From Candidatus Moraniibacteriota bacterium (GTDB lineage: Bacteria > Patescibacteriota > Minisyncoccia > Moranbacterales > UBA11712), in contig JAQVJV010000003.1 in NCBI GenBank assembly GCA_028695025.1, positions 637-64,636 of the forward strand: 64,000 bases of DNA, in the 5' to 3' direction. The notes below the pieces were generated by a model. That model searched no databases, was not told the origin of the DNA, and worked only from the letters and a program-made list of their open reading frames with translations. This document shows, piece by piece, positions 1 through 11,100 of this stretch; the stretch's first letter is position 1, and each line of letters opens with the position of its first letter. The translations under genes and the position numbers were made by a program.

Positions 1-458
1 TCTTTTTTGTCATTCATTTTTTCTCCCACAACCTTCTCCGCCGCCGCCACGACCAATCCCCCGATTTCAGATTTTATGTCGGAAATGGTTTTCTGTTTTT
101 CCTGTTCGATTTCCGCTTTGGCCGATTCGACAATTTTCTCCGCGTGGATCTTCGCATCTTCCGCAAGATCCGTCTTCATTTTTTCCGACTGGATCCGAGC
201 CGCCTCCAGGATTTCTCGCGCTTCCGTCCGGGCCTTCGCCAAAATTTCTTTTTCCCTTTTCTCGCTTTCCTCAAGTTTCTTTTTTGCTTCTTCCGCGTCG
301 GCAAGCCCCTTTTCGATTTTTTTCTGGCGCTTTTCAAGCATCGCCACAATCGGCCCGTAGGCAAATTTATACAGTACGAAAAGAAGTACCAAAAAGTTGA
401 TAATCTGCGCGATTAATAGCTTCCAATCAACGCCTAATTTGGTTAATAGCTCGGACAT
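1..458 (-). CDS. atpF: F0F1 ATP synthase subunit b (partial, runs off the window start)
   Basis: Hand translation from ATG at 458: MSELLTKLGVDWKLLIAQIINFLVLLFVLYKFAYGPIVAMLEKRQKKIEKGLADAE..., the typical subunit b N-terminal TM plus coiled coil. It follows atpE. Not in the ORF track because it is truncated. Confidence 0.93.
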   Translation of the reverse strand, partial: MSELLTKLGVDWKLLIAQIINFLVLLFVLYKFAYGPIVAMLEKRQKKIEKGLADAEEAKKKLEESEKREKEILAKARTEAREILEAARIQSEKMKTDLAEDAKIHAEKIVESAKAEIEQEKQKTISDIKSEIGGLVVAAAEKVVGEKMNDKK

Positions 459-485
459 AGTTAAAACAAATTTTACACTAATTAC

Positions 486-545
486 AAACAGATTGGCACA
501 GATTACACAAATTTCTTAATCTGTGTAATCTGCGTGCGATCTGTC
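486..545. repeat. Intergenic palindromic element with ~9-nt periodicity (CACAGATTA-type)
   Basis: Perfect arms CAGATTACACA (499-509) and TGTGTAATCTG (522-532), with flanking degenerate copies. Confidence 0.6.
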
Positions 546-571
546 AAAAATCCGCGTTCGATTTGTGCGAT

Positions 572-901
<330 letters not shown>

Positions 902-929
902 TTAGAGTCGGAGAAGTAATAGAAACGAG

Positions 930-1036
930 AATTAAAATTTTGAATTATGAATTTGAAATTCGAAATGAATGAGAAAATATCTAAATTTTAAATTTTTTCA
1001 CTTAAAATTAACTTTAAATTTCAAATTGAAAATTTA
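930..1036. repeat. AT-rich heptamer-periodic array (TTTGAAT/TTCAAAT-like)
   Basis: ttttgaattatgaatttgaaattcgaaat ... tttaaatttcaaattgaaaattt between atpE and atpB. Confidence 0.55.
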
Positions 1037-1786
1037 CTAATGCGCTTCCGTTGTCGCCATCTTGAAAAATACCAATGTCAGCATGGAAAATACAAGAGCC
1101 TGCACAAATCCAACGAACAGTTCCAAAAACAAAAACGGGAGCGGAATGAAATACGGGGCGAGAAACAGCATCACCATAAGAAGCACTTCTCCCGCAAAAA
1201 TATTTCCAAACAACCGAAAAGAAAAAGAAATAACCTTCGCCACTTCGGAAACGATTTCCAAAAGCCCTACAAAAGTTCCAACTACATATGGCTTGTGAAA
1301 AGGACTTACAAAAAACTTTTTGGCGTATTTCGTTGCTCCAATCGCCGCAATTCCAAGGATTTGAGCTGAAAACACACTCACAATTGCAATCGCAAGAGTG
1401 AGATTGAGATCGGCGGAACCGCTGCGGATGAAGGGAACCAGCTCCATTTCTTCGCCATGCACCTCATGAAGGCCGATTGTTCCCAATCCCGGAACAAGCT
1501 CAACCCAGTTGGTGAGGATCACAAAAATGAAAATAGTCGCCACAATCGGGAAAAATTTCTTGCTTTGCTTTCTGTCTTGAGTAACAGAATCGATCAAATC
1601 CAAAAGGGCTTCCAGCACCAATTCTACGGTATTTTGAAAGCCCTTGGGAACAAGTCGGATTCGCGATTTCAGGATATATGATGCGACAATGATCAGCAAA
1701 CTGATACACAAAGTCACCAGTACCGTGTTGGTCACTGGAAATCCGAAAATATGAAAAATTGGTTCTGCGGCGATAGAAATATTCAT
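1037..1786 (-). CDS. atpB: F0F1 ATP synthase subunit a
   Basis: SFSFRLFGNIFAGE and FVQALVFSMLT motifs. The start is probably MNISIAAE (1786), not the ORF-track start at 1831. Confidence 0.96.
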   Translation of the reverse strand: MNISIAAEPIFHIFGFPVTNTVLVTLCISLLIIVASYILKSRIRLVPKGFQNTVELVLEALLDLIDSVTQDRKQSKKFFPIVATIFIFVILTNWVELVPGLGTIGLHEVHGEEMELVPFIRSGSADLNLTLAIAIVSVFSAQILGIAAIGATKYAKKFFVSPFHKPYVVGTFVGLLEIVSEVAKVISFSFRLFGNIFAGEVLLMVMLFLAPYFIPLPFLFLELFVGFVQALVFSMLTLVFFKMATTEAH

Positions 1787-1859
1787 CGGAAATTTTAATA
1801 CTCTTCCAATAAAAAAACCTGCCTGTCTCAAAGCGATCCTTTACTTGGCTATTATATCT

Positions 1860-2078
1860 CTATTTCCCGATTATGTCCAGTGTTTTTTTCCAAATGAGCC
1901 AGGAGCTCAAAAGGGTTGAAAGCAAGATGCCACCGAGCAAAAACCAAGGGCTGGTTTCCAGTTTTTTGTCGGCGTATCTTCCTGACAACGCAAAAACCAC
2001 AATCGGAACAGCAATTGTATAGCCCATCTCCCAAGCCAAACTCAAAGCGCTAAATGGTCTGTCTGATTTTTTGGACAC
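1860..2078 (-). CDS. AtpZ/AtpI family ATP synthase accessory protein
   Basis: 72 aa, two TM segments, G..ADKKLETSPWFLLGG pattern, first gene of the atp operon. Confidence 0.85.
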   Translation of the reverse strand: MSKKSDRPFSALSLAWEMGYTIAVPIVVFALSGRYADKKLETSPWFLLGGILLSTLLSSWLIWKKTLDIIGK

Positions 2079-2117
2079 AGAGTTTTGTTTAAGTCAAAAA
2101 CTTTAGTCTTTTCATTT

Positions 2118-2141
2118 CTATTTCCCCCAATTGCTCATGAG
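2118..2141 (-). pseudogene. Relic dockerin C-terminus (LMSNWGK*)
   Basis: Minus strand reads CTC ATG AGC AAT TGG GGG AAA TAG, matching the ends of the two upstream genes (LMSNFGK*, LMSGWGK*). Confidence 0.6.
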
Positions 2142-2152
2142 GTATCGGGATC

Positions 2153-2194
2153 TCGAAGGCTCAACCTTCCGGTTTCCGAAGGTTGAGCCTTCGA
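2153..2194. repeat. REP-like palindrome (GAAGG-N5-CCTTC family)
   Basis: Perfect 17-bp inverted repeat TCGAAGGCTCAACCTTC / GAAGGTTGAGCCTTCGA with an 8-nt loop, abutting the stop codon of 2195..4237. Confidence 0.8.
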
Positions 2195-4237
2195 CTATTT
2201 GCCGAAGTTGCTCATCAATATTCCCAAGTCGCGAACCGTGCATTGCCCGTCGGAGTTGATGTCGCTCCGGGAATTGGTGAGAGCTGCGGCAAGTTTCAGA
2301 AAATCTGATTTAAGAATGTCAAGGTCTGTTGAATTAATTTTGTAATCTTGATTGAGATCTCCCGCGGAAAATGTACCTGCGGAACAATCCACAGCGCAAC
2401 TTGCTTCTGTTTCTCCACGACTGCTATCGCAAACATCATTCCCACAAAACATTGATTGCATAAGAGTTCGGTATTGAACCATGTCACTTGTCGGAAACTT
2501 TGCTTGGTCGGAAGATGGAATGAAATCATTATACCTATCCCAATCATATATCCAAACATATTCGTAATTATCGAAAAGTCTTTTGATTAGCGGCCTGAAA
2601 TCCTCCAGCGTGTAAACTTCAATTGGATAAACATAATCGCTTGAAGTATAGCCCGTAGAAAGGGCAAGAGAATGCGTTGCTCCCAGCTCGTAATTTGGAT
2701 ACTGCGAGAGATACGAGGCCACCGCCTTATCGCGTTCAGCCAATTGATAATCAAGGGAAAACAGCGAGGGATGGTAATAATGCACTTGTTCTCCACCATC
2801 AATGATTGTAAATGTATAGCCCTTTTCACTGGCTCGCTGAAGCATGCCTTTTATAATATTAGCATAGGAGAGATTTGTGTTATCCAGTTTTGAAAAAGCA
2901 AAAAGAATTTTCGCGTTTGGTAAAATATCGTTGGTTATATCGGCCATCCGCGACCCAATATTTGACAATTTGGAAATTACTTCATCCTTAGAAATACCCT
3001 TTTTACTGCCGATATAACCGACTGAATAAGCACAATCCTGGCCATAAGTTTCAGGATCAACCGAAATTCCGGAGGCACCTGTGCTCTTGCTTAAATTGAG
3101 TCCAAGCGAATACATCTTCAAAAAATCTTCCAACGCCTGATCTCCCGCATCAAGAGCGTAGTAAGAATTGCCGGCAATATACTTGTCAAACTCTGATATT
3201 GGATTGGTTGGCTGAGTATATTTACATCCGCAACTGAAAGTTGTGTCATAGCTTTCGTCACAATATCCCGCCAGCCGCGACATCCAGATCTTGGGCCATA
3301 TTTCTTTCGTTTGTCTATTTATAGCATCAATATTTGCCTGAAAACTTGAAATGTCTGCCGTGCGAAAAGTATCCCCGGAGAAAAGAGGCATTGTTACAAC
3401 ATCAAAAGGCGAGTTATCCAATTTATCCAACTCGCTGTATGTCATACCTTGATAGTGTGCATTTCCCGTCCAGAAAATAAGATTTTTAAGCTTCTGCTTG
3501 AATGACTCTTTTCCCGCATCAATTCTTATTTCATCGTCAGAAAGTTGTCGATTGTACATCTTGAGACCGGATAATCTGCCTTTGAAAAATTTCCCGGTTG
3601 TGTCGGTCGGGGAAAGCCCACCAAGAACAAGGCGGCCGCTATCGGTGAGAAAAGTGCTACCTCTTGGGATATACCCCGTACACACAATATTTCCATCGAC
3701 ATACAGCCGTATATATCTGGTGGGACTCAGCGTCATGGCAATCCGCGACCATTGTGAGGTGGGCAATGCGTAATCGCATGTAGTACCGCCCTTGTAGGTA
3801 GTTCCGTCTTCAGTATACGACACAGTAAAAACCAATTTCTTTTGATCATTTCTCCAATGAAGAGAGAGTCCGCTTTTAGAGATCAAATAATCAAAGACCG
3901 ATCCCGGTTGCGCTGAATTATCTTCGACGTATGCCCAAGTTGAGATAGCAAATGATCGCGAAGAAGAAAGATCAAGGCTGGATGAATCCGGAATTTCTAC
4001 GTAATCATTGCTCCCATCAAAAGACAAAGAGCTGCCGCCAGATGGACCACTTTCCCAAATTGACCCTTGAATCGTCCCGTCATTTCCATTCCCGCTCACA
4101 TCATGAAGAACCACCCCCGATCCCTCATGAAAATCCCAGTGGGCAACGAGGCCATCTTCTGCATGAGCGGCGGATATTTTCATGCCGAAAAAAAGTATGG
4201 CTACGACAATGATGGTTTTAGTTTTTTTACTGTTCAT
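2195..4237 (-). CDS. Secreted LamG-domain protein with an unknown central domain and C-terminal dockerin
   Basis: Signal peptide (AHA-E). LamG: GLVAHWDFHEGSG...FDGSNDYV...LKMYNRQLS. Paired Ca-binding loops DLNQDYKINSTD and DINSDGQCTVRD. Confidence 0.85.
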   Translation of the reverse strand: MNSKKTKTIIVVAILFFGMKISAAHAEDGLVAHWDFHEGSGVVLHDVSGNGNDGTIQGSIWESGPSGGSSLSFDGSNDYVEIPDSSSLDLSSSRSFAISTWAYVEDNSAQPGSVFDYLISKSGLSLHWRNDQKKLVFTVSYTEDGTTYKGGTTCDYALPTSQWSRIAMTLSPTRYIRLYVDGNIVCTGYIPRGSTFLTDSGRLVLGGLSPTDTTGKFFKGRLSGLKMYNRQLSDDEIRIDAGKESFKQKLKNLIFWTGNAHYQGMTYSELDKLDNSPFDVVTMPLFSGDTFRTADISSFQANIDAINRQTKEIWPKIWMSRLAGYCDESYDTTFSCGCKYTQPTNPISEFDKYIAGNSYYALDAGDQALEDFLKMYSLGLNLSKSTGASGISVDPETYGQDCAYSVGYIGSKKGISKDEVISKLSNIGSRMADITNDILPNAKILFAFSKLDNTNLSYANIIKGMLQRASEKGYTFTIIDGGEQVHYYHPSLFSLDYQLAERDKAVASYLSQYPNYELGATHSLALSTGYTSSDYVYPIEVYTLEDFRPLIKRLFDNYEYVWIYDWDRYNDFIPSSDQAKFPTSDMVQYRTLMQSMFCGNDVCDSSRGETEASCAVDCSAGTFSAGDLNQDYKINSTDLDILKSDFLKLAAALTNSRSDINSDGQCTVRDLGILMSNFGK

Positions 4238-4276
4238 TTTGTTTTTTATGCCATGTATTTTACATTTTATATGATT

Positions 4277-7200
4277 TTATTTCCCCCACCCACTCATGAG
4301 AATACCAAGGTCTTTCACTGTGCATTGGCCATCCTGGTTGATGTCGGAACGGGGGTTTCCTAGGTTCGCTGTTAGTTTCAGGAAATCGGATTTCAGGATA
4401 TCGAAGTCAGCTTGGTTGACTTGGGTGTCTTGGTTTATGTCAGCCGCTGTGTAGCCTTCCTTGGTAAGATATATCTGGTCAATGGCAGGATCAGGTGTCC
4501 AGTTGCCTTTTTCATCCTTGAACCATACATAGACCAGCTGGTTGCCTTTGGTGTTGTCGAGGGTCCAGTCTTTGGTATGGGAATAGGGATAAGTTTGGGC
4601 GTTTTGGAAATTATTAACGTTGGAGATTTTCATTTCGGTGACATCATGGGCATCGGTGGTTTCCATGGTGAGAGTGACTTGATTGTTATCAGTAAAATTG
4701 TAACCTTCGTTGATTCTTGCGATTCCAGCGGGAGGATCAGAGTCTTTTTGGGATAGGAAGTAGTAAGTAGTGGCACGAGATTGATCTTGCCAAGCGCCGG
4801 AGCTGTTTTTTCCAATTATTGATATTGTATGGGAATCATTGGAAAGGTTTGAAAGATTGATTTTGCTTGCTATAGGGGTTTCATTGCTCCAGGATCCTTC
4901 ATCCAGCTTGTATTTGTAGCTGGTGACATTGGTGCCTTGTGGAGTGAGGGCGAGGGAGCTATCTTCTATTACATCTTGAGGATAGTCGGAGATATATGCG
5001 ATTGGGTTCACTGTACTTTGAGCCTCCCAGGTGGCTGGGTTGGTTCCATAACCCGGATCGGTGCATTTCCATTCATGGGTTTGGCCGGAAATTGGGGTTT
5101 TTAATCTATATATGTCGTTTATGAGGCAATTAGTGGTTGAGGTAGGAGGATTGGCGCCGAGGATGAGACGGTTGCCTTGGTATGTGTTGCCCTCGACACC
5201 AGCTGTTGACCCCGTGCCGGTAGCAATCTTGTTGGCTGATTCATCCAGCTGTGTTTTTTGGTTGGAATAGGTGTTTTCGTTGGGAACAGTGATATTTTCC
5301 TTGAGGCCGGTAGTGGTGTTGCGTATGGTGGCGGGAACGGTGGTGTTTTTGTTTAGCAGAATTGTTCCATAGGCATCCTTGTAGATATTCCCCTGTTGAT
5401 TGACACGGCAAAAGGCTTTTTCGTAGTTCCAGTCAGATTCAGCAAGTCTGGTTTGATAGAGATTAATGAGAGATGTTTTTAGGTTGCTGGCTATTGTCGA
5501 GGAATTTACAAGATTAATGAGATCTTCCTGGAAAAATATTTCGTCCGAAGTCGGATTGGAAAAAAACTGTTCCCAGGAGTTATCCGCACCAAAGATGTTG
5601 GTGACATCGGCTTTCGGAACCCAAACAGCAATATCATAATTAACTGTTCCTCCATTGCAACGAAATACAGAGCCGTTTTTAAGGTTGAAATTGTTTAGAT
5701 TCCAGGTTATACCGCTGAAGGAGGTACTGGTACTGAAGAAATTATCAATCTTACCTTGTGCGTAACCGCCATTAATTGTCACACTATTATTGGCCTCTAG
5801 GTCGTTTGTGGATGTATTGATGCCATAGACCAGATCACTGTCATCAATCGTATCATCTGTCTTGAAGCGGCAATTGTTGAAAATAGCGCTTTTATTTTCC
5901 AGATTTTTAAAACATTTTCCGCCGATCCATTGACAATAGGGCGCATAATATATATTAAAAGTTCGATCTGCCTCGGTTGCTTCGTTTTGCTCTGAATAAA
6001 GAAACTCGGTATTATCAGCTGTGAAATCTTCGGTTGCTAAAATATTCGTATGGCTCGACTTTCCGACAATAATTTTCGAGTCTGTGAGAGATATTTTTCC
6101 TTGCCCAGAAAAAGAAAAGGGATAATTGCTAAATACTTTTTTAATATTAACAGTATTACCTTTTTCCGCACTGTAAGTGATATAACCGCCTTTCAAAAGA
6201 TTCATGTCCTCAAATGATATTTGTGAAGGTGCAATTTCCGGATGATCGCTTAGAGGTTCAGAGTGGACTCCTGTTTTATCTCTGTCTCCAATAGTTGTGA
6301 AATTCCTTACTTTGAGACGGTAGTTTCGCCATTTGTCCGAACCAAATTGAATAGCTCCTCGCCAGAGATTATGGCCGATTACATTATAGACTGTAACATC
6401 TGTATTAATGTAAGAACTTATACCGTCTGCAGTGTTATCTTTCAGGTAGCAGTCTTCGATATATACCCTTAACCTGCCTTGGGAGGTCGATTTTGCCGAA
6501 ATTGAAATCGAGGCATTGTGTTCAAGCTCATAACTTGTATACGGTCCTTGTTCCTGACTATTTCCATCGATAGTAAGGCCTCTTATAATTAAGGGTTTTG
6601 AATCTACGGTATTATTATAGCCATAATAACCATAAGTTCCGTTAAATGGCGTCACCATTGAAGATACCCAATTGCCCGACATCGGCGGAACCTTGAGCGT
6701 TGCTCCATAGCCTTCATAAGTCACGTTATCCCGAATACGGACGCTCTTAGCAATATACGTTCCCTCCGGAAACACTACTACTGCTCCTTTTCCCGTAGAT
6801 CCCCCTCCAGCCGTGTAGGCCGCATCGCAAGCTGCTTGAATGGCAGCAGTATCATCGGTTATTCCATCTCCTTTAGCATTGTAAGGAGAGTCTTTTACGC
6901 TTATGAGGGCGGCCCGATCATCATCAAGAATGGTATAGCTATGATTTGTATTGATTCCTAAATGAGCATTTTGGGGATTGGAGAGGGTAAGATTGAAGGT
7001 TTCATCAGTTTCATTGATGGTATCGTTAATGATGGTGATGTTTATGGTCTTTTCTGTTTCTCCGGGGTTGAAAGTGAGGGTGTTTTTTGCAAATTCATAG
7101 TCTTTTCCAGTTCCCTCGGAAAGGTAATACGCTGTTCCTCCAGAGGTTTGATAGTCCACTTTTGCTATTTGGGATGATGAAGCAGAAAGTTTAACTTTTA

Positions 7201-7360
7201 TACTTGCCGTTGTTTGGGTTTCGGAGTTGGAAGAAGAGGCATTTTCGAAAAATACCGCAGGGGTGGATTGGGAGTGAACAAAATTACGGTGAATTATAAA
7301 TACCGCCAAGATAGTTACTCCGAGGACAATGTATCTTATTTTGATTTTTTTGTAATACAT
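4277..7360 (-). CDS. Secreted Calx-beta + pectate-lyase-like beta-helix protein with C-terminal dockerin
   Basis: TLTFNPGETEKTINITIINDTINETDETFNLTLSNP (Calx-beta). SVKDSPYNAKGDGITDDTAAIQAA (Pectate_lyase_3-type start). DINQDTQVNQAD and DINQDGQCTVKD (dockerin). Confidence 0.85.
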   Translation of the reverse strand: MYYKKIKIRYIVLGVTILAVFIIHRNFVHSQSTPAVFFENASSSNSETQTTASIKVKLSASSSQIAKVDYQTSGGTAYYLSEGTGKDYEFAKNTLTFNPGETEKTINITIINDTINETDETFNLTLSNPQNAHLGINTNHSYTILDDDRAALISVKDSPYNAKGDGITDDTAAIQAACDAAYTAGGGSTGKGAVVVFPEGTYIAKSVRIRDNVTYEGYGATLKVPPMSGNWVSSMVTPFNGTYGYYGYNNTVDSKPLIIRGLTIDGNSQEQGPYTSYELEHNASISISAKSTSQGRLRVYIEDCYLKDNTADGISSYINTDVTVYNVIGHNLWRGAIQFGSDKWRNYRLKVRNFTTIGDRDKTGVHSEPLSDHPEIAPSQISFEDMNLLKGGYITYSAEKGNTVNIKKVFSNYPFSFSGQGKISLTDSKIIVGKSSHTNILATEDFTADNTEFLYSEQNEATEADRTFNIYYAPYCQWIGGKCFKNLENKSAIFNNCRFKTDDTIDDSDLVYGINTSTNDLEANNSVTINGGYAQGKIDNFFSTSTSFSGITWNLNNFNLKNGSVFRCNGGTVNYDIAVWVPKADVTNIFGADNSWEQFFSNPTSDEIFFQEDLINLVNSSTIASNLKTSLINLYQTRLAESDWNYEKAFCRVNQQGNIYKDAYGTILLNKNTTVPATIRNTTTGLKENITVPNENTYSNQKTQLDESANKIATGTGSTAGVEGNTYQGNRLILGANPPTSTTNCLINDIYRLKTPISGQTHEWKCTDPGYGTNPATWEAQSTVNPIAYISDYPQDVIEDSSLALTPQGTNVTSYKYKLDEGSWSNETPIASKINLSNLSNDSHTISIIGKNSSGAWQDQSRATTYYFLSQKDSDPPAGIARINEGYNFTDNNQVTLTMETTDAHDVTEMKISNVNNFQNAQTYPYSHTKDWTLDNTKGNQLVYVWFKDEKGNWTPDPAIDQIYLTKEGYTAADINQDTQVNQADFDILKSDFLKLTANLGNPRSDINQDGQCTVKDLGILMSGWGK

Positions 7361-7430
7361 TCCAATATTTATATTATTTTAACAAAATTAATTTAAAATT
7401 CAAGTGCGTGGACTAAAATCGGGATACAAT

Positions 7431-7510
7431 TAGAACTTATTCCAAAAATCGCTTTCGTGGCGAAAATCTTGAAAAATCTGCAGTGAGTATAGAATTTTTG
7501 AGATAATCCT
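7431..7510. mobile_element. Possible degenerate MITE
   Basis: Imperfect terminal inverted repeats TAGAACTTATTCCAAAAAT ... ATTTTTGAGATAATCCT, no coding capacity. Confidence 0.3.
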
Positions 7511-7592
7511 CAACTTAGAACAATCGATTTACGGGCATTGAACATCCTGTATCGTTTCTCACCAAATACCGGCAATCGGAGTTTTCCGATGG

Positions 7593-7967
7593 ATGCCCAA
7601 CTCTGGCAACGAAGCCAAGAAAATGGAGGCGGAGGTGGAAAAATATACAGGCATCATCAGAAAAGTTTTCATGGACAGTAAAGCGGACGATCAAGGTATG
7701 TATTTCAATATGAAGAAGAATTACCGGATTCAATTGGTGACGAAACCCAGAAAAAACATGAACAAATCCGAATCCAGAAAACGGATGATAGGGGAAATAC
7801 TGACAATCAGAAATATTAATGATTACAAAGAATGTTCTGTTACAATTGAGCCAATGCAGGGACTGACTAAAAATATATTCGAACTGGATAATTGTTGGAT
7901 GAGAGGCAATAGCAGTAATCGCTGGGTATTCGCCGCCATGGGAATTGCAATGCAGATGTCGCAATGA
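7593..7967 (+). CDS. Hypothetical protein (orphan, opposite strand)
   Basis: 124-aa ORF filling the gap between two minus-strand genes. Start uncertain, no recognisable motif. Confidence 0.5.
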   Translation: MPNSGNEAKKMEAEVEKYTGIIRKVFMDSKADDQGMYFNMKKNYRIQLVTKPRKNMNKSESRKRMIGEILTIRNINDYKECSVTIEPMQGLTKNIFELDNCWMRGNSSNRWVFAAMGIAMQMSQ

Positions 7968-8120
7968 AAAGCTTACCGGAATAATCAATCAACATTTAAT
8001 GTTAAATCGGATGTGTTAGAGATTTAGAGACTCCCCGACCCGTCAGCTAAATAAACGTAAAAATATATTTGCTTATCGAAAAATCGCCCTGCAAGAATCT
8101 GGGGAGTAGGCCCATCTTGA

Positions 8121-11100
8121 CTATTCTCCAAATCTCACCGCGCTTCCTTCGTTCATAACCTGCCGCACCTGCTCCGCTGTCAATGCATAATTATATATCC
8201 GGACATCGTCGATTTGGCCTTGGAAATTATAGGAGCCATTTGAGCGAGCACCGACGGTAAATTTGTAATTATTGTCTATGCTTCCAATGGATGCGTTTGT
8301 TTGTTGATTCTTATATACACCATTCAAATATACTTTAGCCTGCTTCGTTGTTCCTTCAAAAGTTGCAAAATAATGATTCCAATTTGATTTAATAGCGGAT
8401 AAATCACCAACATCGGACTCAACATTGTTTATCCCATCTCCAGCATAAAAATAAAGATGCTGATTGCCGGTTCCCATAAACATGAATCTGTATCCCGCAG
8501 TTGCATAAGCCTCTTGTCCCTTGGATACAGGAAACATCGTGGTCGCATTTGCCCCAAACTTTACCCAAAAGCCAACAGAGAAGCTACCAGTGCCGAAATT
8601 GAAATGTGAAGTATTGGTATCTTCTACCCGATCATCACTCCCATCAAAATCCAAAGCCTTCGCAAATTTCCCATCCACCCAATCCGTCGCCGGATCCATC
8701 GAAGTGAGCGTCCCGGTGTTGCCATTTCCCGAAGAATCATACGCCTTGTCGCCTTGCCCTTCGTCCATTTTCCACCACCCGACGGGCTTCCCGCGGTTAT
8801 AGTCCCAGGCGATTTGCGCCGCGCTGCGGGCGTAGTTGAAAACACTGACTTGATCTATCGAGCCATTAAATTTATACAACTGATCATTTCTAGCACCTAC
8901 ATACGCGTTGGTGGCAGGAGCATTGCTAATAGCACCGACCGAAGCTGTTCCGCTTGGTTTCCCATTAATATAGAACGATAAGTTTGTATCACTATCGCCA
9001 TTCTTTATCACAGTTATATACGTCCATTGATTTAGCGGGATGGTGTCTGTTGAATAACTATCGGTTCCCCCGTTTTTTACAAAATTAAGTTTATTATCAC
9101 TGCTAATCGCGACTCTCCAATAATCACCTGTTGATCCATTTGAATATACACTATGCCAAACTCCACCAACCGTTCTCTTTACCCAAGCGCTAAATGAAAA
9201 GTTAGTCGTAAGACTGCCTATAGGAGGAACCCAAACATAATCATCACTCCCGTTGAAACTCCCCGCATTGTTTGCGTATCCGTCCACCGTCCAATGCGAC
9301 CCCGTTCCGCTCCATGTTCCGTCGTTTCCATTCCCGCTTGTGTCTTTCACAGTGCCTCCGGCTCCTTCATCGAACTTCCATTCCCCCACCGGCGGGTTGC
9401 AGGGAGAAGTGTCGCCAGGAACGCAGTATTCGGCGGCGGCGCCGGTGACGGCCGTACCGTTGTTGTTGGCGGTTTGTCCTCCAAGCACAAGAGATTTTCC
9501 TTGGTTCATATCAATGGCGATTTGATCAGGAGTGAGAGCGGAATTATATATTTTCACTTCGTCCATCATCCCGCTTAGCGCAACTGCTGAATTAGCTGGA
9601 TTAGAGTTGCCAAATCTTATCGCTGTACTGGTGTTTTGAATACCATTCCATGTTTTGGTATTCGATTCGCTGAGAATGCCATCGATATAAACTTCTATTT
9701 TTTTATTAGTCGGGTTAATCACAACTCCAACATAATGCCAGTTTGTGTCATTTATGCTGTTAGTCGGTGTAGCAACCCAATGTTGAGTTGATCCATCGAA
9801 AGTCAAAACGGAAATACAATTTGTGTTGCCCGACCCCTTATCAGCACTTCCAGCCGTATCATCAAACCATATCATCAGAGGCTGATTTGTACTATGCGTT
9901 CCTTTGTATATAAAACCATGGTCTTCCGTGGTGTTGCTTACTTTTGCCCAAAAAGACAGGGTGACGTCCGACAATTCGACAGTGCTCATGTCCGTTGTAT
10001 CCACATAATCATTGCTCCCATCGAAACTCAAAGCCTTTCCAAATTTTCCGGAGTTCGTCCAAGTCGGCGCGGAGGATCCAATACCGAGATTTCCATTATT
10101 GCCGTTTATGCTTGAATCATATGCTGTTCCACCGTTACCCTCATCAAACTTCCAATGAGCGATAGACGAACCCACCGGACTGCCCCCGATCGGATGCCCG
10201 GCGTTCATGTCTTCGATGATTTGCTTCGAAGTCCTAGCGTAGTTATAGACACGGACGTCATCGAGAGAACTATTTGCATACCAGCTACTGCTCCAACCAG
10301 TAGCATGACCCATTTGGACATCATTGGAATTCTTGGCAATACCTTTTGCGGAAACAGACTGTTCTTTGTCCAGGATACCGTTTATATATAACCTGCTCTT
10401 ACCGGCCGCTTGGTCAAATACTCCAGCCAGATGAAACCACTCGCCCTCATCGCCCGAACTCAACTCATCTGTGTTAATCGTATACGCACTCCAACTCTGG
10501 CCTGGGCTGTAGACATTAAAATAAAATTTGTTCACATCCTGCCGCTTGCCTAAAAAATACGAATCGTATTTGAAAATATAAGTCTCGTAGTCTGAATATT
10601 CATCGAAATTAACCCAAGCTTCCAAAGTCAAAGATCCTCCGGCATCAAGACTGTCTGAATCAGCAACATTGACGTAATCATCCACATTATCAAACTTGCA
10701 TGTTCCTCCGTATTTCCCCTGCTGGGTGCAGTCCATTCCGCTCGCATTCGCGCCCCAGTTGGTCGTGCCGTTGTTTCCATTCCCCGATGAATCCACAATT
10801 GTTTGCAAATTTCCGGAAACGTTGTCATCCATCTTCCACCACCCCACCGGACCCGGGCCCCATTCAGCGAGTTGCAAAACTTCATCGGGTGAAAGACCTC
10901 GATTGTAGATACGAACATCATCCATCTCACCTTGAAAATAACCGGCTTCCGTTCTTCCGATCATCAAGTCGTAAACGTTATTTGCTAATGTTTGGCTAAT
11001 TTCTTTACTGGAATAATTTACAAATCCATCACTTCTCCCATTTATATATACTGCTATTTTGTTGTTCCTGATCGTGACAGCTACATGCGTCCACTGATTT

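Noticed and set aside
7-360. Plus-strand 117-aa ORF
   Set aside because: Antisense to atpF.
7515-7988. 157-aa minus-strand ORF
   Set aside because: Overlaps 7593..7967 antisense and has a shadow-like His/Phe-rich composition. The plus-strand ORF is preferred, with low certainty.
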